A stretch of 63,601 bases of DNA, filler included, from Ionaspis alba (lineage: Eukaryota), in NCBI GenBank assembly GCA_964255285.1. It is 5 parts of 5 records of this genome, joined end to end, with 100 filler letters (N's around TTAATTAATTAA, not from the genome) between each part and the next. Parts side by side here need not be neighbours in the genome. Positions count along the whole stretch, not along the records: positions 38,262 to 50,887 come from CAXUUL010000498.1; positions 50,988 to 63,601 come from CAXUUL010000499.1; 3 more parts are not named here. One strand, written 5' to 3'. The position numbers were made by a program, and so were the translations under genes. Below the pieces are notes generated by a model. That model was not told the DNA's origin, ran no database searches, and saw only the letters and a program-made list of their open reading frames with translations. Numbering within the stretch: position 1 is the stretch's first letter; the number at the start of each line of letters is the position of its first letter. Shown one piece after another: positions 38,262 to 51,426 of the stretch.

Positions 38262-41028
38262 CCGTCATAGTACTATTCCCCACGACCACCACGCCCCCCG
38301 GACCAATCGCAACCGGCGTCCCAGAAATCGTCGCCGTAGACCCCACCCCCACCGTCGTCCCCGCAATCGCGATTCCAGACGGTCCAACAGTCAGCGTCTT
38401 CCCACCCAGCGTAACGACCTGCGACGAGAAGGGCGCAGAAGCAGCCGTAGGCGCAACCACAAGACTCCCAGCCGGATTGACGGAATACACACTCCCCGAA
38501 GCCGTGACAGCCTGCCCTCCAGCCGTAGCAGTCGTGCCCGCGACCACGACCTGTGAGGCAGAAGGCACGGCGAAGGTCTGGCTGCCGATGATGATGGAAC
38601 TGCCCGTGGTGCCTACAGCGGTGGGGAGCGCGATGGTCATGGCTGGGGCGGGGGTAATGAGCGCGTTGGCTCCGGATCCGCTTCCAGATCCGCTTTTACT
38701 TGTTGCAGCCACGATTAGGCTTCCGGCCGTATTGACCGAGTACACGGTCCCCGATGCTGTGGCAGCTTGGCCACCTGCGGAAATGGTGGAGCCTCCGACG
38801 ATGACTTGGGAGGCGGAAGGGACGGAGAGGGTTAGGCTGCCGATGACTATTGAGCCGGGGGTATTGGCGACCGGTGTTGGTATCGCGATGGTGGTGGATG
38901 CAGCGGCTGGAGCAGCGGCAGGAGCAGGAGCAGGAGCATTAGCGGTTGGTGCTACTACGACAAGACTTCCGGCTGTGTTGACGGAGTACGTGGTTCCTGC
39001 TGCTGTTGCAGCTTGCCCACCAGCTGATAAGGTGGCGCCTGCGACCACGACTTGAGAGGGGAATGGCACAGCCAGTGTTTGGCTTCCTACCACGACAGCA
39101 GCGGGGACATTTGGCGCTGCTGCAGGAAGCGCAAAGGTTGCGACTGGTGCTGGAGGTACATTGGCGGGATTATTGCCCGCATTACCTGCGGTTGGGGCAA
39201 CGACAAGATTTCCAGCTGTGTTGACAACGAAGGCTTCGCCACTGATTGTTATTGCTGGTCCTCCGGCTTGGATTGTCGAGCCGGCGGCTACGACTACGGA
39301 GGGTGATAGTACTTGGAGTGTTTGGCCGCCCGCGACGATGATTGCTGGATCGTTGTTGGAGGGGTTTGGATGTGGAAGCGCGATTGTTGTTGGAGACGCT
39401 GGTGCTGGAGCTGGTGCAGGGTTAGTATTGGCAGGTGGGTTCCCTCCGAAAGCACTGTTAATGATGCTTCCAATCGCTGGTGAGCCTGCGGCAGGTGTGA
39501 CAGGGTCCACCGGCTTGGGTGATGGTGCCGCATTCGTAGGATTTTGTCCGGTTCCTGGATCGGCAGCGGCAGGTGGAGCGGAAGCAGGATTTGGTGGATT
39601 AGGTGTAGCGGGTGCAGGCGCAGGCGCAGGCGCAGGTGAAGGGTTGGGGTCGACTGGATTGTTCTTGCCAGGGTCTGATACTGGAGTTGGTGGTGCGTCT
39701 GGTACCATTGCAGTGGCCGTAGAAGGCGCAAATATCGTTGGCGAGCTTCCGGGTCCCGCTGGCGTGGTCTCTGGTAGTGGTGGCGCAGCTGTGGTGGACG
39801 CTCCTCCACTAGGGGAGGGAACGAGCTGGCTCTGCGCTTTCAGAGCTTTTGGAGGATCGAACAGAGGCCAGAAACTCGTGGTACAGCTTGTCCATTCTGA
39901 AGCTAGTGATAACATCTCCGTGGGGAATCCAATCCATGGTTTACAGGGATCCCAGAGCTCGGTTATGACAGTTCCAGTAGGTGCCCACTCACGCGTGATG
40001 GTAGCGATGGCTGTCATGCGCTCTGAGCTCGGAAAGAAATCGACTGGTAAAGTGTCATTCGAAGTGCGATTTGTCGGAGGACACGACGTGTAGTCGGAGA
40101 CCTTGAAAGGATACCAATTCGCAATTCTGGGGATTCCTGTGAAATGTGCACGGTCATATCCGGGATTTTCCACAGATATGAAACGAGCTGTAGATAGTCC
40201 TTCAACTCGGACAGGAAAGGTTGTCGTGATGACAGGTCCTATTGTCTTATGGCAGAAATCCGAGGCAATCATGTTCTTGATTGCGAAGTACATGGAAGGA
40301 GATGTACTGGAGAGGTAACTGTCAGAAATATTTCACATCTGAGAGTTGGGCAGACTTACAATGTGTATCCTTCAGAGTTCGTGACCGTTGTCGCAGCATC
40401 CGGTGCAGCGGTCGTCGGCCAGTAGAAGACCTCTAGAGGACTGGTGAAAGCCACATTCTGCGCAAATATTCCTCCTTCCAAAGGTCCCACGGTACATACA
40501 CCACAGCATGGTGAAGCGGAAGGGGTAGGAAGCGTATACCAGCAAGTCGGAGTATTAAAAAGAGTGCTGGTGAAGGTATGCTCGCCACTAAGTGCAGTAC
40601 CTAGATCTGGCTCCTTCCCTACATAATAGCTTAGGGCTGGCCATAGCGATGTTGGAATTGTCTTCGTTATTGTTTCTGTAGTTGAAGCATATGAAGGACA
40701 TCTGGACCATTCGCTTGACCAGGCTGATATCATCGAACTGACACAGTAACTATAATCGCTGGCAGGCTGCTTGTAAAACATCGTTGCGGGATCCCATATT
40801 GAACCCTCGCTACTGGGAAGGCCGACTGAAGTTGGAACTAGTTGGGCAAAGTCAGACTCATTCAAGGTGAGGGCTTTTAGGGATAGCTCTATACTGACTT
40901 GTTACGGGACCTGAAGAGATCGTGGTATTCGCAGTGCTATTCGAGAAAGAAAGAGCATAAGACGACGACGCCAAAAACAAGACATAATGAAATATGAAAA
41001 GAATGATTTGCTGCATGGTGACCGCCAT
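38262..41028 (-). CDS. Secreted Pro/Ala/Thr/Ser-rich repeat protein (adhesin/mucin-like), 3' truncated
   Basis: Signal peptide (MAVTMQQIILFIFHYVLFLASSSYA), Cys-containing N-terminal region (SPCCGVCTV, VFYWPT, FDPPKAL), PA-rich linker, tandem V/G/T-rich repeats. Introns near 40912-40865 and 40358-40313. Confidence 0.8.
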
Positions 41029-44000
41029 CTTGACTTGTTACAAAGCTATCCAAACCACCTAAAACAAGGGACGAGGAAGTCATCTAGATATAAAATGAAC
41101 CCAAGTCCGCCATAGCCTCCGCCGCCATCCCTTGCAAATTGCGCCGATGACATATCGATTGCCGTTGAAGTCCAACAGAAAGAGAGTGTAGCTGATAGGT
41201 CGATCACTGCTCAACTTGCCTGCATATTCAGGTACTATTCCTTTGCTCTCGCCGGTGTGGATCCTTTTAGTGGGAAGCTACTGCGGAAAATGCAAAGTTC
41301 GGGGAGGGATTCGGTGCCTTTGACACGATGAGAGATGGCCTTGCCAAGGAAAACAAGATGTCGGCGTCTCGACGACCCGTTTCCCGTTGCGCGCGACTCC
41401 GCCCTCCAGGCAGGGATGGAAGCGAGGAGGATTTTCGTTTTCTCGCAAGGCAATTTGGCGAATCTGATATGTTCGTAGAGGACAGCAACTTCGCAAAACT
41501 CGGACACTCAAGTTTTGTCACAGTCATGGCGATTAATCCCTTGCTCGAGAATGGTGCTTGCTATTAAGGATTACTTCACGGCAGTTTCTATTTTCTCCAC
41601 GACGGCCAGGCAATTTGCGTAGCTAGATTCGTCCCTGTTCAATGATCCTTGTCCCACCTGCGTTCAATACGTGGAGTCCTTGTACTTTGAGCATGCATCA
41701 CTACTCCGCCTTCATCATAGGAGTTCTTCCTCTAGTTCTGAGCAGAGAATTTTAAGAAGCCCATTTCATATTGACAAGACGTCCATCCCCCTCTATCTAA
41801 TCTAGAGAGCCTTTATAGTCTGACCGTCGCTAGCGTAACGATGTGATTCTTGGATTCTTGTGAAGACGACCCTTTTTGTCCTCCTTCCTCCACGCCCTCT
41901 CTCCCACTTTTCCAGCCCTTCCGTCTCCTCCTGCTTTCTTATGCATACTAGTGTTGCCTAGAGGCAGAGTTCCTGTAGTAGTTGTCCCTGATCCGGTATC
42001 CTCGACATCCAAGTCTTTCGAGAAAATCTATAATACCCAGCTTGGGGAGATCTGTATCATTTTGATCTTCTACAAGACCAGGGCTAGAACGAAAGGAGAG
42101 ATGTCCAATACCTCTCCACCCGTAGCTTAGTCTAAGGCTTTGGATGCCTTCCCTGCTCGATCTGCTGCCGCGGACGATCCATGAAGACTTTTTGATGTAC
42201 ATAGCATGTTTCACAGTCATACGATTTCCTGTAGTTGCGACGACCCTGGGCTGCCTCGTTTCCATCAGTAGGGTCATCAGATCAGACTGAGAGCTGGCTC
42301 GAGAAAAGAGTACTCGGCAGATTTATTCAGCACAACTTTGACTTCGGAAGGGAGCATGGCCCACTTATTGTTGGATTACAGAGTCATCATGTTGAATCGC
42401 AATGAGATTTCCGCTGCTCGATTCATGCTTCTTGATTCTTCGTCTGTTTATGGATGACGAGCGGTCGTACACATGTGTTTTTTGTAGTGAAGTATTCTCA
42501 TCGGTGCTATCTTCAGAAATTGTTGGACATGAAACAGTAGACGTGCCACCATAAAAAGAATCTATTTACATTTGAATTATACGCATGCCCCTATAAAAAC
42601 TATCATACTGAGAATATTTGGTATCATTAGGAAGTGTTAGTCTGGTCTCGCAAAGCTCCGTCCAATCCCGAGAACTAATGAAGCATTTAACGTCAGAAAC
42701 ACACAATAATTGTGTCATCCAGGCTAGATGCACTCAGAATCGCTTCAACCTCGTTGCTTCCCGTGCTCGCCATGGATTCGGCAAAAACTGACCGATTGGA
42801 TGTTTATNNNNNNNNNNNNNNNNNNNNNNNNNNNNNNNNNNNNNNNNNNNNNNNNNNNNNNNNNNNNNNNNNNNNNNNNNNNNNNNNNNNNNNNNNNNNN
42901 NNNNNNNAGAGCAGTGTAATGACAAGGTGGGAGGAAAGCAGTGCGGGTACAAATGAGTCAATGGCTCCTGTGTAGCTAGCAAAGGCTTGTCTGGTAGAAT
43001 TGAGGGTTTCAGCTATGCGAGAGACTGTAAATCTCATATGTATATCCCAGATTGTGATCGTAAATCCTGGATCAGTCTTCTCGAAGTCAGAGAAGAGAAT
43101 GTAGGATGGGTTGTAGACAGTAGCTATTCAAAGAGCTAAGATGAGATGACACGATGGTGATGACATAACAAAAGGAAAGATGTATAAACAATTGCAGATT
43201 TTTCTCTCAATCACAGAACAGGTTCTCGATAGCGCTTCAATTCACATCATGTGTGAGTAGTAAGCATGGGTGTCAGGCTGTCTGCAAGACCACTCGTCCT
43301 ATTGGACTGTGGGTATGCAAGACATAGCACGACCAACATGCTGCTTCTTGACGCTCGAACTGGCAGTCTTGTTGAAGGAGCTTGCATGGTGTTTGTCCCC
43401 ACGCGTTTTATAGAGCGAAATGAGTGAGAACTTTTATTGAAATCCTTAGGGGGTGAAATCAAATATCACTCACGCGGAAATGGATATTACCGCCGAGAGA
43501 AAAACACAGTACTGAGAGGACATGGTATGACTTAAACATTGTGCGATCACTTTAGGCAGTCTCGACTGAAGCTTATTGCTTGGTCAAGATGATAGGCCTT
43601 TCCTCATCAACGTTAAGTGGCATCATGCTGGATTGCTCACATATAGATCTTACAGCGTAGTGGAGAACTGAAAGGCAAGACCTGAACCAGAATCATAGAA
43701 GCTCTAGATCGAAATCAGATCATGGTCTTACACACCAAGGTGGGCCGTAGCCTGCATGCTGACTTCATGAGCCAAGCATAGTGAGACCAAGTAATTGAGT
43801 ATCAATACCAAGGAAGCAGCGCTGGGAGTAGCATGATGGAAGTGCTGATAGGGCTGGTGCAGGAATGGGTTACCATTTGATAGGCTGTCGTTTTCTTCTC
43901 CATATAAGAACAAAGGAAGTCCCGCCCGAGCATGGTTCGAGGATGCGGGCTATGGAGTAACACATCGCGAAGAGGAGAGAAATCGATATGGTAGAGGAGG

Positions 44001-45264
44001 GTTCCCCAGTGGAAACAGGAGCTCCAAAGGTAGGATATGCGGAAAGTGAGGCAGAGATTATACTGCTGAATGACAAACTCTCCCAAAGAGTGGGGAAGAG
44101 GCCTTAGAGATCGAACAATGCAGAGTAATCGTACAGAGTGTTAGCCAGAGCGTCGTTCTCTGAGTTAGTTGTGTAGACCCTTCAGTCACAGAATCCAGAT
44201 CTGCAACCCCTCTTACCAGGCACCTGAGTACGGTATAAGCAAGTTGGCAAAACCAGGAGGAGGCGACCTTCACGTCCAGAATCTTACAGATCAAAGTCCA
44301 ATAGACAAATACATAGTAGAACAAACATCAACGTCTCGGCATACTGGAAATAGATTAAGAACAACAAAGAAGACATACACAGCAGAGGGTACAGAGGTAT
44401 AGATTGACACGAGCTTGAACAGGTGTGAGCACTTCCAACGAACATGCGATTGGCCTTAAATCTCAAAGTGCGTACACGGTAATGTAGGGCGTCATATTGC
44501 CGTCTTTTGATGTAATTTCCAAGGAAGTGCTCTTGCGATTGGCTTTAACAGTTGTCACAGGAAATGCGGAGGCGAGTGCCAATTTGTCATTCTCCAAAGC
44601 ATCAGTCAAAGCACAATTCTGATAACTTATTCCGACAAGCATCCTAAGATAGAGGGAAGAGGGTGCCACGTCACTTTCCACTAATGTATTAACCAAAGTA
44701 ATGCTTTTGTAAATGCCCGTAACAGTTGTCACAAAAAATCAGAAGGCAGTTGCCAAATCACCATTCCATGAAGGATTGACCAAACAGGGCTTCTAACAAA
44801 TTATTTTGATAGCTGTCGCAAGTGATATGGAGGAGGGTACCAAGTTACCATTTCTGATGCGTTGGCGAAGAAAGTGCTTTTGACGATGCCTTCGACAACC
44901 ATTGCAAGAGATCAGGAGGCGGGCACCAGGTGCTGATCTGTCTGGTATTTAGGATCAGAAATGGCGGCACCTGAGAGACATCAATCGATATAGCATGGGG
45001 CTTCCAGTATACCATAACATGATAAGCTGTGCATTAATAAATTTTGGAAATTGTAAACTTTTATAGATAATACGATTATGACTGTGTACTGTCCCTAGGC
45101 GTGTGGTAAACAATGGTCCGTGCGTTTCCCTCCTGTCAACAAACATTGGAACAGAAATGGTCGTCCATGAAGCTGTCATAAAAGCCTCCACATCTATTCA
45201 CGATCAACGTGAGCAGTTTTATTCCCCGAAGCTTGGTCGCGTTGCTTGTCTCTCAGCTCACGCG

Positions 45265-48200
45265 ATGGGAGACAGATCGGACTTCGACATCAACGATGCG
45301 CTGAAGTATTATCTTAGCGACCCCGCGACAGTCCCTACGCCAGAGGCAGATGGAGCGCTTCAGGACTGCGAGAACGAGCCAGATCTGCTCACCAGCTCTC
45401 TCGTTAATTCCGTCCTCAATCCGATGGTGGATGCTATAGCAGAGAACCCCGAGGCTCTGATCAGGAGCTCAATCCTTGATTCTCTACAATTCCTCCTAAA
45501 GTGTGCCCCAATTTCTCTTATATCTCAGCAGAATTATCCCAGTGAGCCTGATTCTGAATTGTTTAAACTCTCTAGATCATCGGCGCTGCTGTCTCCACAC
45601 ACTCTCAGCAAAATCCTCGACCTTGTTGTGTCAGGATTGGCTACCGAAGCGGAAATAATACACAATGACTTGGAGATTGAAGAGCAGGATGCCGTACAGC
45701 ACCATAAACACTTGCTGGAAATGTATGGGTTTCTTCTACAATGGACTGTCTCCGTTGTCGAAACCAAGGCCGCCGAGAAGTCCGCAAATGCCGCTCCCGC
45801 AAGAGGACGAGGTGGGAAAGGCACGAAGGCCAAATCTTCAGCAAAAGATGGCACCTGGGATTCTACAAGCCAATTACAAACGGCCCTCGATACTATGTGC
45901 AAAGTCCTAAAACTCAAGCTCGGTAAAGTCTTCGTAACAACCTCGGAAAGAGACACCTTTGTCGGGCTTTTTACAAGATCGGTTTACCTAGTTTTCGAGA
46001 GCGAGCAGAGAATCAAAAACACAACAATCAGGATGCATGCTTTCAAGGTTCTGTGTATTGCCGTCAAACATCATGGACATGCTTTTGGTAATTACACAGC
46101 CAATTGATAGAATGACTCTGCTGATGTTTGTCTCAGGAGCTCAAACTTCTATTATACAAAACCTTTCCTATTTTGAACATCTTTCGGAACCTATGGCCGA
46201 ATTCCTGCACATTCTTGCAGAGCAATATGACTACCCACAGCTTGCGGACGAGGTTCTCCGGTAAGTGATTTCCCATTGTAGCCAGACGATGAATATTCAC
46301 AATGCATGCAGTGAATTGAGTACGAAGGAATTTAACAGCAACGACACACGAGGACCAAAGTCAGTCTCTAGCTTCATAATCAAGCTCTCCGAGCTTGCCC
46401 CACGGCTTGTCATCAAGCAGATGACGTTGCTGGCAAAGCAGCTTGATAGCGAGGCCTACACCCTTCGATGCGCTGTCATCGAAGTATGCGGCAACCTCAT
46501 CTCGGACCTTAGCAAACAAGAAGAGCGTAGCGAAAATTACAAGACCCAGATCAACGGTTTTTTTGATATCCTTGAGGAGCGATTCCTTGACATTAATCCG
46601 TACTGCCGATGCAGGAACATACAAGTCTATATGAAGCTTTGCGACTTAGAGCAGAAGTTTCCGAAGCGAAGGCAGACTGTGGCTGAACTTGCCGCGAGAA
46701 GCTTGGAGGACAAGAGCAGTAATGTCAGACGGAATGCAATCAAGCTACTAGGCAAATTAGTCTCTACCCATCCTTTCAGTGTCATGCATGGAGGACAGCT
46801 GTCTTACAAAGACTGGAATAGTCGGCTGCAAGCAGTTGAGGCAGAGCTAGATTCTTTAAAGCCGCCAGTCGGTTCTCCCGGGTTGGCAGAGAAGTCGACC
46901 AAGGCCGACGTTACAGTGGACGAGTCGCTTTTAGATGACGCGACAGTACTCGAGGACAATCGAGAGGCTCCACCTATGACAGAGGAACAGCAACAAGCGG
47001 CTATGAAGAAGGCGTCGGAAGAAGCTGCGACCTCGGAACTCATGACCAGGCTACAGTTGACAAGGAAATACTATCTCGAAGCCATCCGCTTTATCGATGT
47101 GCTTCATGAAGCCACACCGGTGGTCTGCCAGTTGCTTTCGTCCAAGAACAAGAGCGAGGTGATCGAAGCCATGGACTTCTTCGTGATGATCGACGCATAT
47201 AAGGTGGAGACCGCCAGAACTGGGATACGAAGGATGCTCCGGCTTATTTGGACCAAGGGCAACAGCGACGAAGGGAAGGGTGTCCAGACACATCTCATCG
47301 ACTGTTACAAGGGCCTCTTCTTCGATTCTCCCGACAATTTCAGCGAAAATGATGCAGCCAACTACATTGCTCGCAACATGATAAGCTTAACTTTCGGGGC
47401 AACACCTGCAGAGTTGACGTCGTTGGAACAACTTTTGAGTACAATGATGAAAGCCGGTCATGTCTCAGAACTCGTGATCACGAAATTATGGCAGGTCTAT
47501 GGGGTCCAGAAGAAAGAGATTTCCAAGAATCAACGTCGCGGCGCCATTGTTGTCCTCGGAATGCTAGCCCTAGCAGATCCTGACATCGTGGTCAGGGAAA
47601 TGGAGGCAATGCTGAGGATAGGTTTGGGTAACCTCGGAAAGGCAGACCTGGGTCTTGCAAAATACACCTGCATCGCTCTTCATCGAATCAATCCCAGTGG
47701 ACGCAAGGTGAAAGACGCTGCAACATCCAAACTTCCGAATGACCATGCGGTCCTTGTGAGCCTGGGTGCGATGACTGAAGTTGTTTCAGACAGCAAAGAA
47801 TGGTATGTTTCAACGATGGAATCTCTTCGAGGCTCGTGTACTAATGCGAAGCAGGTTCGGTGTAGCAGAACAAGCTATTGGTGCAATCTATGCTCTGTCC
47901 AAATCTCCAGATACTCTCTGCTCTGAAATCTTACGTCGAAAGACGAGGCATGTTTTCCAGCCGCGGACTGCACCCCAAACCCGAGAGGATGTTAGCATGA
48001 CAGAAGGTGAAACTGGTATGCCAACTCCGCCACCCGAAGAGCCGGAAAAAGTACAAAAAGGAGCCCTTGCACTTTCCCAGCTTTTGTTCCTAGTTGGCCA
48101 TATTGCGATCAAGCAAATCGTACATCTCGAGCTCTGTGAGCAAGATTTCAAGCGCAGAAAAGCCGAGAAAGAAAAAAACAAGCCCTTGAATGAGTCTCCA

Positions 48201-49111
48201 CAGAAAGCGGCTGCCGCTGATCAGGATGAGCTGGACCTAATAGGAGGGACCACCGAGGATGATTTCACGGAGGCAATGGCTCATATTCGAGAGCGAGAGC
48301 TGCTCTACGGTGAAAAGGCGTTGTTGTCCAAATTTGGACCTTTGGTCACCGAGATCTGCTCCAACAACACAGCGTACAACGACGTGAATCTCCAGGCCGC
48401 TGCGACCCTATGTATGGCCAAGCTAATGTGCGTATCTTCGGAGTTCTGCGAGAAGAACCTTCCTCTTCTTATCACCATCCTCGAAAGGTCACAGGATCCG
48501 ATCACGCGCAGCAATGTTGTCATAGCTTTAGGTGACATGGCCGTGTGCTTCAACCATCTCATCGATGAAAACACCGATTTCTTGTATCGGCGTCTCAACG
48601 ACAATGACGCCTCTGTCAAACGAACATGTCTGATGACCTTGACCTTCTTGATCCTTGCAGGCCAGGTCAAAGTCAAAGGACAGCTCGGAGAAATGGCCAA
48701 GTGTCTGGAGGACTCGGACAAACGGATTGCAGATCTATCCAAAATGTTCTTCACGGAGCTTGCAACGAAGGACAACGCCGTGTATAACCACTTTGTGGAT
48801 ATGTTCTCTTTGCTCAGCGCGGAAAAAGATTTGGAAGAGGAATCGTTGAAACGCATCATCAAATTTCTCGCCTCATTCATCGAGAAAGTATGTGTCGCTC
48901 CCTCCACTCATACTTGTCATTGTATTGACCACTCTGTTAGGACAAACATGCCAAGCAGCTGGCCGATAAATTGGCTGCAAGACTTGCTCGATGTGAGACT
49001 GAGAGACAATGGAACGATGTCGCTTATGCTCTATCTCTGTTGCAGCATAAGAACGAGGAAATCCAGAAAACGGTCAGCGCTGGATTCCGCGTCGTCCAGG
49101 CCGCGGCTTAA
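45265..49111 (+). CDS. YCS4: Condensin complex subunit 1 (CAP-D2/Ycs4/Cnd1), multi-exon
   Basis: FDINDALKYY, AVKHHGHAF, YFEHLSEPMAEFL, LEERFLDINPYCR, MLRLIWTKGNSDEG, DELDLIGGTTEDDF, RSNVVIALGDMAVCF, GQVKVKGQLGEMAKC. Stop TAA at 49109-49111. Confidence 0.96.
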
Positions 49112-49206
49112 GCGCCGTCTCGGCAGGTCGATTGGCGTACAGGATTTCGAGATTTATTGTTTACGGGCGCATGAGGATAATGGTACACCAGACATGATAC
49201 CCTGAG

Positions 49207-49891
49207 TCAAGCGGACAGTGGCAATTGGAGTTCTCTATCATCTGGCTCATCGTCGTAACATATGCCGCCCCTTGCGGCTGTCTCTTTCACATAAAGCAGG
49301 AATCTGAATGCAGTATTGCCATTGAGGTAATATCGATGAAGTCGTTTGCTCCTGAGGAATCCTAGCCGCTCGTATAGCTTCATTGCTGCTGTATTGGTGA
49401 CTTCGGTCTCGAGAGCGATCTGTAGAAGCTTAGCAGACGCTCCGAGGGTGCTGTTCGTGGGTCCCATACCTCATCGGCATCTCTGTCGATCATGGCATCG
49501 ATTGCCATTCGCACGAGCTTGGTGGCAATGCCTTTCCCTCTGTGCTCATCCTTTACGGCCAGCATGGCAATATAGCCCCTAAGCGGCCCACTCCGATGAG
49601 GTTCAAGCTTCGAAACCACAACACCTGTTAGGTTGTTCGAAGAGTCCAAAGCCTTTTCATTGTATCAGTTCTTACGAGTGCACCAATCATTAAAATCATG
49701 AGACTCACCATGAAGCATAGTTCGCCCCATTGGTAGAGGAAATATCTGTAAACATAAATGCTGTAGGGCTCCGACAAATCTTTGGATATCATCTGCCGTA
49801 TTGCTGGCAGATACGTTGTCTCCTTACTACTGTCATATTGGACATAATGAATATCCGTAATGGGATTCTTGTGATATTTCTCTTCAGTCAT
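49207..49891 (-). CDS. MAK3: N-alpha-acetyltransferase 30 (NatC catalytic subunit), 3 exons
   Basis: ISKDLSEPYSIYVYRYFLYQW, RGYIAMLAV...RGKGIATKLV, LETEVTNTAAMKLYERLGF.RSKRLHRYYLNG. Confidence 0.95.
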
Positions 49892-50169
49892 ATCGTCTCG
49901 GTAGACCTGTGGGCATTTGATAGCTCTTCAAAAATTGTAGAAGAGTCCCTGGGTCAAAGATCTGCGTACTATGTACGGGACCCAGTATGCAAGGAACCGT
50001 TGAACAAAATTGAAGCTGCTCAATCTCGCTGCGGAGATCAGACATTCAAATATTCGAGGTCTTGGCACACGTGCCAAACGAAAACCCACTTTAAACGAGA
50101 CGCGCGCCTCTTGACGAGGCACAATACAGAATCACAGTCCAGATCAGGACGGAAAGGGCAACTTACCGT

Positions 50170-50887
50170 AAATATTAAAGGAATAGATATAGGAGAAACC
50201 CTCCACATTACAATAGCATCAGCCGATTAGTATTCAAAAAGTCTCAAGAAATGGCATTTGACAGGTACCACTAATTGTGCTTGGAGGCGGTCACCGCATG
50301 CCGATCAAACCGGCAATTAGGATTAAAAAAATTGACATCCGATAGACAGAAATATATGTAGGAGGAGGCCTCCAGAACACATTGGTATCAGTCGAATAGT
50401 ACTCCGGGATTTCCAAATGCTGGCATTCGAGAAATAGTAATCATTCTAGGGGGCGGGTACCTTATGCAGATTTGGCCAGCATTCATAATTTCGACAATTG
50501 ACATCCAAAAGACAGGGATGTATATAGGAGGGGGCCTCCAGGCTACAATAGCATCATTCAATTGGCATTTAGAAAATTCCAAAAGCTGGTTTTTGACAAT
50601 ACAATATCAAACAAGGAAGCGGCCTTCCCCTTCAAACACCAGCGCCATATTTCAATTTCCCAAAAGGATATTCAAAACACGACAAAACCCCGCGGAGACC
50701 TCATCCCCACACGATGACGTCACCCTCAAAACCACAATCACAATTTCCATTTTCAGAAATCATATTTTCAATTTCACAAACATCATCTATACACGGAGGC
50801 GGTCACCAGGACCGGATTTTCAAATCTCCGAGATACAATTTTCAAAAGCCTAAAATTGGCTATCTAAAAGTACAAAAAACCATCCCC
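50170..50887. repeat. Degenerate ~166-170-bp tandem repeat at scaffold end
   Basis: TAGGAG...CCTCCA... recurs at 50190, 50359 and 50525. AATTGACATCC..AGACAG recurs at ~50330 and ~50496. GGRRGCGG-type motifs occur at 50283, ~50450, 50615 and 50795. Confidence 0.65.
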
Positions 50888-50987
50888 NNNNNNNNNNNNN
50901 NNNNNNNNNNNNNNNNNNNNNNNNNNNNNNNTTAATTAATTAANNNNNNNNNNNNNNNNNNNNNNNNNNNNNNNNNNNNNNNNNNNN
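50888..50987. other. Artificial scaffold linker
   Basis: N44-TTAATTAATTAA-N44. Confidence 0.98.
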
Positions 50988-51426
50988 TTTTGCGGTGCGC
51001 TGAGATATCAGGGGAGCGTCGAACATATTTCTTAGGGTAATTAAGGGTATTTTGAGCAGATGGCGATGGATGGCTTGATGGATGGGCCTGATGGGTTTGA
51101 AGAGTGGGAGTTGAGGTGTTTGAGTGGGAGAGAAAACAATGGGAGGTTGATTGGTGTGCTAGCTGGTTGTATAGTCGATTCTTTGGTTGTGATTTGAATG
51201 CAAGGTCGGCCTGATGATGCTTCTACTATGTATCGATATGTGGTTGCCAAGTATGGAGTGTGCATTGTTGCGACTAAAACATGACTTTTGATGAACATGT
51301 CGATTCCAGCCCGAGTCTCTAACAAGCTGTCTACAATCGTCGTCGGTCATACAAGTCATGCCCAGGATCCATTTTCCGTCATCAGAAACGCCCTCCCATG
51401 CACCATCCTGTTCCATACCTTTCCAC

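Noticed and set aside
43921..43951. GGTTCGAG (B-box-like) flanked by CCCGC...GCGGG
   Set aside because: No cloverleaf could be built around it, with or without removing an intron.
41235..44732. Cluster of 60-110-aa ORFs between the repeat protein and condensin
   Set aside because: No recognisable domain or consistent exon chain; may hide a decayed gene, but I cannot support a call.
49111..49207. Very short spacing between the convergent YCS4 and MAK3 stops (likewise VPS16/kinesin)
   Set aside because: Ordinary for compact fungal genomes.
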